From a virus (Duplodnaviria; Caudoviricetes), in the IMG/VR virus record IMGVR_UViG_3300020045_002676, positions 1 through 39,505 of that record: a stretch of 39,505 nucleotides of DNA, one strand, 5' to 3'. The notes beneath the pieces are model-generated. The model worked only from the letters and a program-made list of their open reading frames with translations, was not told the DNA's origin and searched no databases. The position numbers were made by a program, and so were the translations under genes. This document shows positions 7,476 to 16,188 of this stretch, piece by piece; within the stretch, counting starts at the first letter, position 1, and each line of letters begins with the position of its first letter.

Positions 7476-7979
7476 ATGTTGGAATTTCTTAAGAAAATTC
7501 TATTGGTGGTAGCAGTTTGTATTCCATCACAAGTATTTGCTGGCAGTCCCCTTGACAATCAGCATGTGACACGCTATATCATTTCTAATGATAAGGGTGG
7601 GTTTGTCAGTGAGTATAAAGATGCACTGGCACGTATCGAAAAGATGGACCTTCCAATCAAATTGGATGGTATTTGTAAATCTGCTTGTACACTCATCCTG
7701 TCTGAAAAATATAAAATCAACACATGTGTTACTAAAAATGCCACTATCGAAATCCATGAGCCTTTCATGGTTCAGGGTTTCCTAACCGTGCTGACTGTTA
7801 CAGCCATCGCAGACGCTAAAACAGCATGGTATGAAGATTTTTATAATATCTACCCACAATGGGTGAAGAATTTGATCGACAAGAATGGTGGCGTGCCTTC
7901 AGTGAATACTGGAGCTAAACGAAGTGAAGCATTTGTGATTAAATATGATGTATTGAAGAATTATATGCCAACCTGTTAA
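7476..7979 (+). CDS. Secreted/periplasmic protein, probable ClpP/crotonase-like fold
   Basis: Signal peptide-like N-terminus (KK, hydrophobic core, VFA); NDKGG, LDGICKSACTLIL and IHEP motifs. Confidence 0.6.
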   Translation: MLEFLKKILLVVAVCIPSQVFAGSPLDNQHVTRYIISNDKGGFVSEYKDALARIEKMDLPIKLDGICKSACTLILSEKYKINTCVTKNATIEIHEPFMVQGFLTVLTVTAIADAKTAWYEDFYNIYPQWVKNLIDKNGGVPSVNTGAKRSEAFVIKYDVLKNYMPTC

Positions 7980-7987
7980 GGAATGAA

Positions 7988-8461
7988 ATGAGTGAATGCA
8001 TTCAAAATGGTTATGGACTATGGCGAATAGTCTATGAATTAGAACGTCGTACAAGTGATAGACGTAAACTTTATCAGTTTGTAAATGATGAAACTGGTGA
8101 GAGTAGGGTTACAACTATACGTCAGTTAAAGAAATCTCGACCTGCACCTAACCAAAGAGTTGAAAATCCAGTTAAGAAACATTCTTTGTATAGGATTTAT
8201 ACAGGTATAAAAACACGTTGTTATAATAAAAACACTGACGCGTACTATTGGTACGGTGCCAGAGGTGTGGTGATGTGTGATCGTTGGTTGAATTCTTTTG
8301 AGGATTTTGTTAAGGATGTTGGTGAAAAACCTAATGGTAAAACATTAGATCGTATCGACAATAATGGTGATTATGAACCAAATAATGTTAAATGGTCTAC
8401 ACCCAAAGAGCAATCAAACAACAGAAGGAAAAACTCTGGATGGAGAAAGAAAAATGGGTGA
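7988..8461 (+). CDS. HNH homing-type endonuclease
   Basis: KTRCYN...YGARGVVMCDRW..FEDF, TLDRIDNNGDYEPNNVKWST..EQSNNRR; AT-rich. Confidence 0.85.
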   Translation: MSECIQNGYGLWRIVYELERRTSDRRKLYQFVNDETGESRVTTIRQLKKSRPAPNQRVENPVKKHSLYRIYTGIKTRCYNKNTDAYYWYGARGVVMCDRWLNSFEDFVKDVGEKPNGKTLDRIDNNGDYEPNNVKWSTPKEQSNNRRKNSGWRKKNG

Positions 8462-10190
8462 GTGTCTTACAAAACTTCCTCATGAGTGTGGGGCTAGGGC
8501 ATCACTTCAGGTATTTGCTAGAGAAGATGGTGGAGTGGATGGGTATTGTTTCTCCTGCGGGACATTCGTACGCCATCCATATGGAAAGCCTCGAATTGCG
8601 GAGGAGATTGATCGACCACCTGCAAAGACGCCCGAACAGATCGCGATTGAGATTGCTGAGGCGGATGGGTATCCGGTGGTGGACCTTGCAGCTAAAAAGC
8701 TACGGGCCAAATACCTCAACCTATTCGGTGTCAAAATTGGACTATCGGAGTCAGATGGTAAAACACCCGAAACAGTCTATTATCCATATCGGAGGAATGG
8801 TAAACTAGTCGGGTATAAAGTGAAGCTTCTCCCAAAGGATGGCCAAGGTAAGAAAATCTGGTCATTGGGGGATATTAAGAATAATGTAGATGGTGACATT
8901 GAACCTTTCGGATGGCAGGAAGCTATCGCTCATGGCGGTAGACGGCTTATCATCACTGAGGGTGAGGACGATGCTGTTGCAGCCATGACGATCATTGATC
9001 GCTACACTAAGGAAGAGTACAAGGATAGTATGCCTTCGGTCATATCCATTCCCCACGGGGCTGGTAATGCCCACGAAACCCTATCTAAATGGAAGAAAGA
9101 AATCCTTTCACGCTGGAAGGATGTGGTTCTCGTCTTTGATATGGATAAGGCTGGTGAGGAAGCTGTACAGAAATGTATGCTTGTCTTCCCAGAAGCTATG
9201 ACGGTTAAGCTTCCTAGCAAGGATGTCAACCAGTGTATCATTGATGGACGACAGAAAGCCGCCTTTGATATGATTACGTTCAAGGCTGAGAAGCCTAAGA
9301 ACTCTCGTCTTGTATTCGGTGATGACCTTCATGAGAAGGCTAAGACAGCAGCTAAGCGTGGTGAACTATCGTGGCCTTGGCAGCATCTGAATGATGTGAC
9401 TAGGGGCATCCGCCTAGGTGAAACCATTTATATTGGTGCTGGTGTTAAGATGGGTAAGAGCGAGTTTCTCAATGAGATTGCCTCTCACTTCATCGTAGAA
9501 CATGGTATCAAGGTGTTTATGGCTAAGCCAGAAGAAGGGAATGAGAAGACATACAAACTTATCCTTAACAAGATTGCTGGTAAGAGATTTCATGATCCTG
9601 ACGTAGAGTTTGATGTTGAAGCATACGATGAAGCTGGTAAGATTGCCAAGAGCAAGATTGCTATGGTCAATCTCTATCAACATCTAGGATGGGAGAGTTT
9701 GCGTGATGACATCGTTGCAGCTGCCAATTGGGGAGCTAAAGCTGTCTTCATCGACCCTATCACTAACCTAACCAATGGTGTGAATGCTGGAGACGCCAAC
9801 ACTGAGCTACAGAAGATTGCTCAGGACTTGGCTGCCATGGCACTAGACCTTAACATTGTCATCTTCATCTTCTGCCACCTCAAGGCACCTGATGGCAATA
9901 TTGTCAAAGAGAAGCGTGAGAAAGCCTATCGTGATGGTAAGTATATCGGCTTGGGCAGTTGCCCACATGAATTAGGTGGGGATATTAACTCTTCTCAGTT
10001 CGCAGGATCAAGAGCAATGATGCGTAGTTGTAACATGATGCTTGGCCTTGAGGGTAATAAGGATGAGATGCTTCCAGAGAATATCAAGAACATTCGTGAT
10101 CTTGTATTGTTGGAAGACAGAGAATTTGGTGAAACTGGTAGATTTAGTCTATATTGGAATAAGAATACCACTCGATTTACGGAAATCTGA
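8454..10190 (+). CDS. DNA primase-helicase (T7 gp4-like)
   Basis: N-terminal Zn-binding (HECG...CFSC), TOPRIM ITEGEDD and FDMDKAG, Walker A GAGVKMGKS, FIDP; start reassigned to ATG 8454. Confidence 0.93.
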   Translation: MGECLTKLPHECGARASLQVFAREDGGVDGYCFSCGTFVRHPYGKPRIAEEIDRPPAKTPEQIAIEIAEADGYPVVDLAAKKLRAKYLNLFGVKIGLSESDGKTPETVYYPYRRNGKLVGYKVKLLPKDGQGKKIWSLGDIKNNVDGDIEPFGWQEAIAHGGRRLIITEGEDDAVAAMTIIDRYTKEEYKDSMPSVISIPHGAGNAHETLSKWKKEILSRWKDVVLVFDMDKAGEEAVQKCMLVFPEAMTVKLPSKDVNQCIIDGRQKAAFDMITFKAEKPKNSRLVFGDDLHEKAKTAAKRGELSWPWQHLNDVTRGIRLGETIYIGAGVKMGKSEFLNEIASHFIVEHGIKVFMAKPEEGNEKTYKLILNKIAGKRFHDPDVEFDVEAYDEAGKIAKSKIAMVNLYQHLGWESLRDDIVAAANWGAKAVFIDPITNLTNGVNAGDANTELQKIAQDLAAMALDLNIVIFIFCHLKAPDGNIVKEKREKAYRDGKYIGLGSCPHELGGDINSSQFAGSRAMMRSCNMMLGLEGNKDEMLPENIKNIRDLVLLEDREFGETGRFSLYWNKNTTRFTEI

Positions 10191-10696
10191 TGACTGAAAA
10201 ACGAAATGAAATTATAGAGGCCCACTTCCGTAAGAATTATAAATCTCTTGTGAAGCGTGTGATTAATCGTGTTCCTAACAAATCACATGCTCTAGCTGAG
10301 GAAGTGGTACAAGAGGCGTATGTTAACGCCCTACAGTATTGGAAGGCTTTCGATCCTAATCGTGGTGAGTTTAGTGTGTGGTTCAATCGCATCCTATCTA
10401 ATGCAGCCAACAAATGTCTTAATCAAGAGACTGGTATGCCTAGTTTAGATGACGAAGATATTGATCTAGAACCACACATTATCAACGATGATGTCGATAT
10501 TCCTTGTGATATTGTATTGAAAATTCAAGATGGTATTAGGGATCAACGCCCAGAAATTTCTGAGGTGTTGCATATGTTCTTCAATCTTGGAATGAAGACT
10601 AGAGATATTGAACAATGTACTGATTTCACTCATACCAACGTACGGCAAATCATCCGTAGGTTTAGGATTAAGTGGGACGATGAGAATATTTTTTAA
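10190..10696 (+). CDS. Phage ECF-like RNA polymerase sigma factor
   Basis: Region 2 signature AEEVVQEAY...FDPNRGEFSVWFNRILSN; C-terminal HTH-like GMKTRDIEQCTDFTHTNVRQIIRR. Confidence 0.85.
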   Translation: MTEKRNEIIEAHFRKNYKSLVKRVINRVPNKSHALAEEVVQEAYVNALQYWKAFDPNRGEFSVWFNRILSNAANKCLNQETGMPSLDDEDIDLEPHIINDDVDIPCDIVLKIQDGIRDQRPEISEVLHMFFNLGMKTRDIEQCTDFTHTNVRQIIRRFRIKWDDENIF

Positions 10697-10769
10697 TTGT
10701 TTTTGTAACAGTGGGGTGAAGATTGGTATAATCATTCTTGTCCTCATCTTGCTAATGGTGATTAGATGA
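10680..10769 (+). CDS. Possible small membrane peptide (29 aa)
   Basis: Manual translation MRIFFNCFCNSGVKIGIIILVLILLMVIR; fills the gap after the sigma gene. Confidence 0.4.
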   Translation: MRIFFNCFCNSGVKIGIIILVLILLMVIR

Positions 10770-10796
10770 GAGAGATTTTTGTAATTTGTGTTAACC

Positions 10797-10832
10797 TTGT
10801 AACATATTCTGCTTATGTGCGATATATATAAG
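10797..10832 (+). promoter_or_regulatory. Candidate phage-sigma promoter TTGTAACAT-N17-TATATATAAG
   Basis: 18 of 19 motif positions and the spacer length match the element at 37969-37934 (minus strand). Confidence 0.65.
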
Positions 10833-10833
10833 C

Positions 10834-11247
10834 ATGACAAAAATTGATAGTTTTAACTTAGGAGTGGCGTCAGAGTTTATTGTTGCTGGGGTACTAATCG
10901 AGCAGGGTTATGATGTCTTACTACCTTTCGACAGGCGTGGAAAATACGACCTAGTAATAATTAAAGACGGCCAATTCAAAAAGGTTCAGGTTAAAAGGGC
11001 TAACTGGACTAATCCCCCACACACAACATCCAAATATCTTAGAGTAATGACCTCATCTCGTGGTGTTATTTATACGCCAGAGGATATTGATTTATTTGCC
11101 TTTCTCGACTGTGATAAACGGGTTTGGCTAGTGCCAGTTGAGGAAGTGGGTGATAAAAAAATTATCTCCCTTGATAAAATTACTACCTCAGATCGTAATT
11201 GGACAACGAAAGAAAGGTTTGAAGCTGAACGATGGTTAATATCATAA
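10834..11247 (+). CDS. PD-(D/E)XK homing-type endonuclease (I-Ssp6803I/PDDEXK_5-like), free-standing
   Basis: G..SE.....LIEQGYDVLLP, YDLVI, KVQVK, Y...DIDLF, WLVP motifs. Confidence 0.82.
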   Translation: MTKIDSFNLGVASEFIVAGVLIEQGYDVLLPFDRRGKYDLVIIKDGQFKKVQVKRANWTNPPHTTSKYLRVMTSSRGVIYTPEDIDLFAFLDCDKRVWLVPVEEVGDKKIISLDKITTSDRNWTTKERFEAERWLIS

Positions 11248-11762
11248 AAAATTATAATAGAAATATTTATTGTATTTCGGACACACATTTTTGTCACGAC
11301 AATATTATCAAATACGGTCATAGGCCGTTCAACTCGTCCGAAGAAATGGACGAAGCCATGATTGAAAATTGGAATAAGGTTGTCAAGCCTAGTGATAAAG
11401 TGTATCATCTAGGTGATGTATACATGGGTGATAGGAATGCAGATCGTATTCATAACATCCTAGGCCGACTACAAGGACAGAAACGATTGGTCCTTGGCAA
11501 TCATGACAATGGAAAAGACCAAATCCTACAGCGATACTTTCAGAAGATTGATGTGTGGAGAAAATTCCCAGAGTTTGGTCTACTACTAACCCATGTCCCT
11601 GTGCATCCGTCTACTCTTGGAGAGGCTAGGTTTGGCACACATACACTAAATGTTCATGGGCACATTCACCAAAACAAATCCCCCGAAGGACCATATCAAT
11701 GTGTATGCGTCGAACAGATTAACTTCACCCCTGTCAACATTGAACAGCTGAGGATTATTTAA
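11232..11762 (+). CDS. Calcineurin-like metallophosphoesterase
   Basis: SDTHF, HLGDV, GNHD, THVP, HGHIH motifs. Confidence 0.92.
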   Translation: MVNIIKNYNRNIYCISDTHFCHDNIIKYGHRPFNSSEEMDEAMIENWNKVVKPSDKVYHLGDVYMGDRNADRIHNILGRLQGQKRLVLGNHDNGKDQILQRYFQKIDVWRKFPEFGLLLTHVPVHPSTLGEARFGTHTLNVHGHIHQNKSPEGPYQCVCVEQINFTPVNIEQLRII

Positions 11763-11766
11763 TGGT

Positions 11767-13620
11767 ATGAAATTTGTTATCTTCGACATTGAAGGCGATA
11801 GCCTAACCCCCACTAAAATCTGGTGTATGGCTTACAATCTCAATGGAGAGATTAAAGCTGTTGAAGCCTACGATGAGATGCGTAGAGTAGTTACTGACGC
11901 AGATTATCTAGTGGGCCATAACATCATCAGATTTGATATTCCCACATTAGAACGCATTCTCAATATCCAGATTAAAGCTAAGCTAGTTGATACATTGGCA
12001 TTGTCTTGGTATCTCTATCCAGACAGACCACAACATGGCCTAGAGGGATGGGGAGAAGAATTAGGTATCGAGAAACCCCCTATCATTGAATGGGATAATC
12101 CAGAGATGATTGATGAATACATCCATCGTTGTAAGGAAGATGTAAAGATTAACACCAAACTGTGGAAGAAGATGTATGCGTATCTTCTACAGATTTATGA
12201 CGATGAGCCTACCATCTGGAAATTCATTGCCTATCTATCATTCAAGATGGATTGTGCAAGAGAACAAGAACGCAGTAAGTGGAAGCTTGACATTGAACGT
12301 TGTAGTGCAGCTGTCAAGGAACTTGAAGACAAGCAAGCCGAGGTATTTCAAAAGCTCATAGTGGTTATGCCTAAAGTTCCTGTCACAGTGAAGAAAACTA
12401 AACCAGCTAAACCATTCAAGAAAGATGGTTCATACTCCTCTCATGGAGCTAATTGGTTTAAGCTATTACGTGACAACAACCTTCCAGAAGATTATGATGA
12501 CGTTGTTGAAGTTGTGAATGGATACATCGACGGTAATCCCGGCTCTCATATTCAGATTAAGAAATGGTTGTACGGATGTGGATGGGTTCCTGAAACATTC
12601 AAATATGACCGAGATAAAGAAACTGGTGTCACTAGGAAAATCCCACAGATCAATCTAGAACATGGTGCTGGTATATGTCCATCAGTTTCTAAACTGTACG
12701 AGAAGTATCCAGACCTAGAATGGATTGAAGGGATGGGTGTAGTAGCTCATCGTAAATCTCTTCTTAGTGGTTTCCTAGAAAACATGGATAATGATGGTTA
12801 CACTCAAGCTCAAATAGCTGGATTGACCAACACACTACGATTTAAACATAAGACGGTGGTTAACCTACCTAAAGTAGGAAAGCCTTACGGTGACGTTATA
12901 CGTGGCGTTCTACTGGCATCTACTGGATGTGAATTGTGTGGTAGTGATATGTCTTCTCTTGAAGACAGGCTTAAGCAACACTACATCTATCCATACGACC
13001 CTGATTATGTCAATGAAATGTTGGCTGACGATTATGATCCTCATCTATCCCTAGCTGTCTTGGCTAAGGAAGTGACAGAAGATCAAATGGCTAAATACAA
13101 ATCTGGTGAAGATAAGAGTATCAAACCTATTCGTGATATTTTTAAGAATGGTAACTATGCTTGTCAATATGGAGCTGGTCCACCTAGACTTGCTTTGACA
13201 GCTAACATCCCAATCCAAAAAGCTGAACAAGTATGGAACACTTATTGGAAGAAGAATTGGGCTATCAAGGAAGTGGCTAAGAACCAGACAGTTAAGAAAG
13301 TTAAGGGACAAATGTGGCTTAAGAACCCGATCAATGGGTTTTTCTATAGTCTTAGGTTCGAAAAAGATATTTTTTCCACGCTTGTCCAAGGTAGTGCATC
13401 ATATGTATTTGATCTGTGGGTGAAAGAGTTTCGTAAGGAACGTCCTCAGCTTACAGCTCAATTCCATGATGAAGTGGTGTTGTGTGTCAAGAAGGGCTTC
13501 AGAGAGAAGTGTACAGCACTATTACAGAACGCTATCAAAAGAGTGAATGATAAATTGAAACTAAACCGTGAGTTGGCAATTGATGTCCAGTACGGTGATA
13601 ATTACGCACAAATCCATTAA
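11767..13620 (+). CDS. polA: Family A DNA polymerase with 3'-5' exonuclease domain
   Basis: ExoI FDIE, ExoII GHNIIRFD, motif A GSDMSSLEDR, motif B KNGNYACQYG, motif C FHDEV; uninterrupted. Confidence 0.95.
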   Translation: MKFVIFDIEGDSLTPTKIWCMAYNLNGEIKAVEAYDEMRRVVTDADYLVGHNIIRFDIPTLERILNIQIKAKLVDTLALSWYLYPDRPQHGLEGWGEELGIEKPPIIEWDNPEMIDEYIHRCKEDVKINTKLWKKMYAYLLQIYDDEPTIWKFIAYLSFKMDCAREQERSKWKLDIERCSAAVKELEDKQAEVFQKLIVVMPKVPVTVKKTKPAKPFKKDGSYSSHGANWFKLLRDNNLPEDYDDVVEVVNGYIDGNPGSHIQIKKWLYGCGWVPETFKYDRDKETGVTRKIPQINLEHGAGICPSVSKLYEKYPDLEWIEGMGVVAHRKSLLSGFLENMDNDGYTQAQIAGLTNTLRFKHKTVVNLPKVGKPYGDVIRGVLLASTGCELCGSDMSSLEDRLKQHYIYPYDPDYVNEMLADDYDPHLSLAVLAKEVTEDQMAKYKSGEDKSIKPIRDIFKNGNYACQYGAGPPRLALTANIPIQKAEQVWNTYWKKNWAIKEVAKNQTVKKVKGQMWLKNPINGFFYSLRFEKDIFSTLVQGSASYVFDLWVKEFRKERPQLTAQFHDEVVLCVKKGFREKCTALLQNAIKRVNDKLKLNRELAIDVQYGDNYAQIH

Positions 13621-13634
13621 AGGAGATATAAATC

Positions 13635-14084
13635 GTGTTGGATAAATACTCCTACGATCCCATCACAGGATATGTCTATAACAAAAATAGACGTATAGGA
13701 TCATACACAAGAAAATATGGCAGATTTTTAATTAAGGGGAAACATGTTACCATAAGCCGATTTGCGGTATTCTATATGACAGGTAAATGGCCTGATGAAG
13801 AAGTAGATCATATTAATGGAGACACACACGACGATAGGTGGATTAACCTGAGAGAATGTTCACGCTTAGAAAATGCCAAAAATAAAAGTGTGTGTAAGAA
13901 TAATAAACTTGGTATGAGGGGAGTATACACGTCTAAATATAAAGATAGTGTATATTATTATGCCTCTATACAGACAAATGGTATTAGAGAATATCTAGGA
14001 ACTTTTGTTAGTCCTGAAGAAGCTGAGAAAGCTTACAAGATTAGGGCAAAAGAACAACACAAAGAATTTACAAGGATTGTATAA
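13635..14084 (+). CDS. HNH endonuclease with AP2-like DNA-binding domain
   Basis: YDPITG, VDHINGDTHDDRWINLRE, NKLGMRGV, YLGTF..PEEAEKAY; AAGGAG RBS, GTG start. Confidence 0.9.
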   Translation: MLDKYSYDPITGYVYNKNRRIGSYTRKYGRFLIKGKHVTISRFAVFYMTGKWPDEEVDHINGDTHDDRWINLRECSRLENAKNKSVCKNNKLGMRGVYTSKYKDSVYYYASIQTNGIREYLGTFVSPEEAEKAYKIRAKEQHKEFTRIV

Positions 14085-14087
14085 AAT

Positions 14088-14840
14088 ATGTTGAATGCAA
14101 AGAACAAAGAATACGCTGGTGGTGATAACTTCAAGAAGGAAGTTCTTGGTCCCGGTGTCTACCCCGGTCGTCTAGTACAGGTAATCGATATGGGTGTTCA
14201 GGAACAGCGAGCCTTCAAGGGTGAAGCTAAGCCACCTACACAGGAGCTTATGGTTACGTATGAGCTTGCTGATGAGTTTATGAAGGATGAAGAAGGTAAT
14301 GAGCTTGAGGATAAGCCCCGCTGGATTAGCGAGAGCTTTCCTCTCCACAACCTTCGATCTGATCTGGCCAAATCTACCAAGCGTTACTATGCCCTTGATC
14401 CTGAATGTGTATATGATGGTGATTGGACTAAGCTTGTTGGTATGCCTGTCATGATTACTATTGTCAATGATGTTGGCACTGGCAAGAATGAAGGTAAGGT
14501 GTATGAGAATATTGCCTCCACTTCGTCTATGCGTAAGAAGGAAGCTGATAAGCTACCTGAACTGAAGAACCCCGCTAAGGTGTTTGATCAGGATAATGCT
14601 GAGACAGCTGAGATTATGCTCACTCTGCCACAGTGGATACAGGATAAGATTAAGGGTGGTGTAGAATGGGAAGGTAGTCCTATGGCTAACACCATTGCCA
14701 ATCTCGGTAAGAAAGGAACTAAGGATGCCAAGCCGAAGAACGAAGACAAGCCTGTCAAGAAGGCGCGTAATGTTCAGCCCGAACCTGAAGAAGACGTTGA
14801 CGCCATCCCTACTAGTGAAGACGACGGAGACGCATGGTAA
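14088..14840 (+). CDS. Probable single-stranded DNA-binding protein
   Basis: G.YPGRLVQVIDMG.Q N-terminus, acidic tail ending in aromatic residue (EDDGDAW), position near polymerase. Confidence 0.65.
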   Translation: MLNAKNKEYAGGDNFKKEVLGPGVYPGRLVQVIDMGVQEQRAFKGEAKPPTQELMVTYELADEFMKDEEGNELEDKPRWISESFPLHNLRSDLAKSTKRYYALDPECVYDGDWTKLVGMPVMITIVNDVGTGKNEGKVYENIASTSSMRKKEADKLPELKNPAKVFDQDNAETAEIMLTLPQWIQDKIKGGVEWEGSPMANTIANLGKKGTKDAKPKNEDKPVKKARNVQPEPEEDVDAIPTSEDDGDAW

Positions 14841-15145
14841 TGAAGTATATTCGTGAAGGTGATTTCTGCCTTATGAATACGGACAAGCATGATGATATTG
14901 GTGTCAAGAAGGGCCAGCGAGTTTATGTCGCTGGCTCTCGTGCCCTCCCCATCACTGAAGATGATCCGTATACACAACGCATTAAGTTTTTCTGTCATTT
15001 GATTAAGGATGGTAATGTGACATTTGATAACATCTATATGTTTGATGCTACGTCACTCAAGCATGTTGGTAGTCTAGAAGCTAAAAAGCTTAATAACAAT
15101 CTTACCAAACTCCTTGAGGTTGATAATGGTTCAGCCGTTAATTGA
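14840..15145 (+). CDS. Hypothetical protein
   Basis: GGAG RBS, coupled to neighbours, genome-typical codons. Confidence 0.8.
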   Translation: MKYIREGDFCLMNTDKHDDIGVKKGQRVYVAGSRALPITEDDPYTQRIKFFCHLIKDGNVTFDNIYMFDATSLKHVGSLEAKKLNNNLTKLLEVDNGSAVN

Positions 15146-16007
15146 TCTAGATGTCCTTCGGTATGAGATTGGGTTTTGTGGAGAGTATTATGAAGATGAT
15201 GAGATTACTGGCGAGCGGGTTCTACGAATTCGTGAATTTGATTTTCTGGCGGGACTACTCGAACAAAGGATCAAAGGCATCTGCGAAGACGTTGGAGCAA
15301 CAGAGAAGCCAATCGGATTTCTCACAGGATCGAACACTTCCACGAGAATGGTCAATCGATCAGCTCGCTATCTTGGAGAGCCTGAACTTGTTCTCAAAAC
15401 CCCGTTTCGGAATGACGTTGCCACTATCAAGCCTTATAAAGGAACACGAAAAACAGAGAAGCCTTACCATTTCGATAACCTCACGGCCTTTATTTTGGGA
15501 AATTATGATGTCAGGGTGTCGAACGGATTGGAAGCGGATGATCTCATGTGTATCGAACAGTTTTCCCGATTTGCAAATGGTGATACTATCATCTGTACAC
15601 GAGACAAAGATTTACGTCAGTGTCCCGGATGGCAGTTTGGATGGGAGTGTGGTAAGCAAGCTTCTTTCGGACCAACACTCGTGGATAGTAAAGGACTATT
15701 ACTACTAACGAATGGTGAGCTAAAGGGCACAGGCACTAAGTTCTTCTTCGGACAGATGCTGATTGGTGACACAGTGGATAACATTCCCGGCTGTCCTAAG
15801 GTTGGTCCTGTTAAAGCTTTTGATATTCTAGATAAGTGTGTCACTAAGCGTGATCATGAACTAGCTGTTATCAACGCATACAAGAAAGCATATCCAACTA
15901 ATTATAAAGAGATGATTGAGGAACAATCCAAACTCCTCTGGATGATTAGAGAACTTAATCAGGATGGGAGTCCTGTACATTACGAATGGAAATTTGATGA
16001 CAATTGA
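15126..16007 (+). CDS. 5'-3' exonuclease (T7 gp6/FEN-like)
   Basis: LIDLD, YKGTRK, LEADD, TRDKDLRQ, GDTVDNIPG..KVGP motifs. Confidence 0.93.
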   Translation: MVQPLIDLDVLRYEIGFCGEYYEDDEITGERVLRIREFDFLAGLLEQRIKGICEDVGATEKPIGFLTGSNTSTRMVNRSARYLGEPELVLKTPFRNDVATIKPYKGTRKTEKPYHFDNLTAFILGNYDVRVSNGLEADDLMCIEQFSRFANGDTIICTRDKDLRQCPGWQFGWECGKQASFGPTLVDSKGLLLLTNGELKGTGTKFFFGQMLIGDTVDNIPGCPKVGPVKAFDILDKCVTKRDHELAVINAYKKAYPTNYKEMIEEQSKLLWMIRELNQDGSPVHYEWKFDDN

Positions 16008-16188
16008 TGAATTTACATACGAATATGATGCTCTAACTAAATCTCGTCAAAGTAGTGGACTACAAAATCTTTTTGATTATATCCTAAACGACCTAGAAGG
16101 TAATTATCATATTATTCAAGAATTGCTGGACGTTTGTGTCGGCCTAGAAGCTGACGATTTCTTTGGTACGGAAGGTGCTAATATTTAA
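15997..16188 (+). CDS. Small acidic hypothetical protein
   Basis: Coupled ORF; C-terminal DDFFGTEG; start reassigned to ATG 15997. Confidence 0.7.
   Translation: MTIDEFTYEYDALTKSRQSSGLQNLFDYILNDLEGNYHIIQELLDVCVGLEADDFFGTEGANI

Larger units (their letters stand above)
4535..7523 (+). repeat. Right arm of the diverged inverted duplication
   Basis: Gene-by-gene homology with the reverse complement of 1-3000; position 1 pairs with 7523. Confidence 0.95.

Noticed and set aside
1-7523. Recombinase-driven invertible segment, DGR or inverted terminal repeat
   Set aside because: No recombinase or reverse transcriptase; differences are not adenine-specific; arms are adjacent, diverged and differ in gene content
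10703-10732. Third TTGTAACA copy with downstream TATAAT
   Set aside because: Spacing differs from the two-copy motif and it lies in a possible small ORF; could be a sigma70-like promoter (18 nt spacer) but support is weak
10697-11260. Group I intron around the PD-(D/E)XK endonuclease
   Set aside because: Flanking genes are each complete and there is too little non-coding sequence for a ribozyme core
11767-13620. Intron or intein in polA (also checked nrdJ and helicase)
   Set aside because: All catalytic motifs lie in one continuous ORF of normal size
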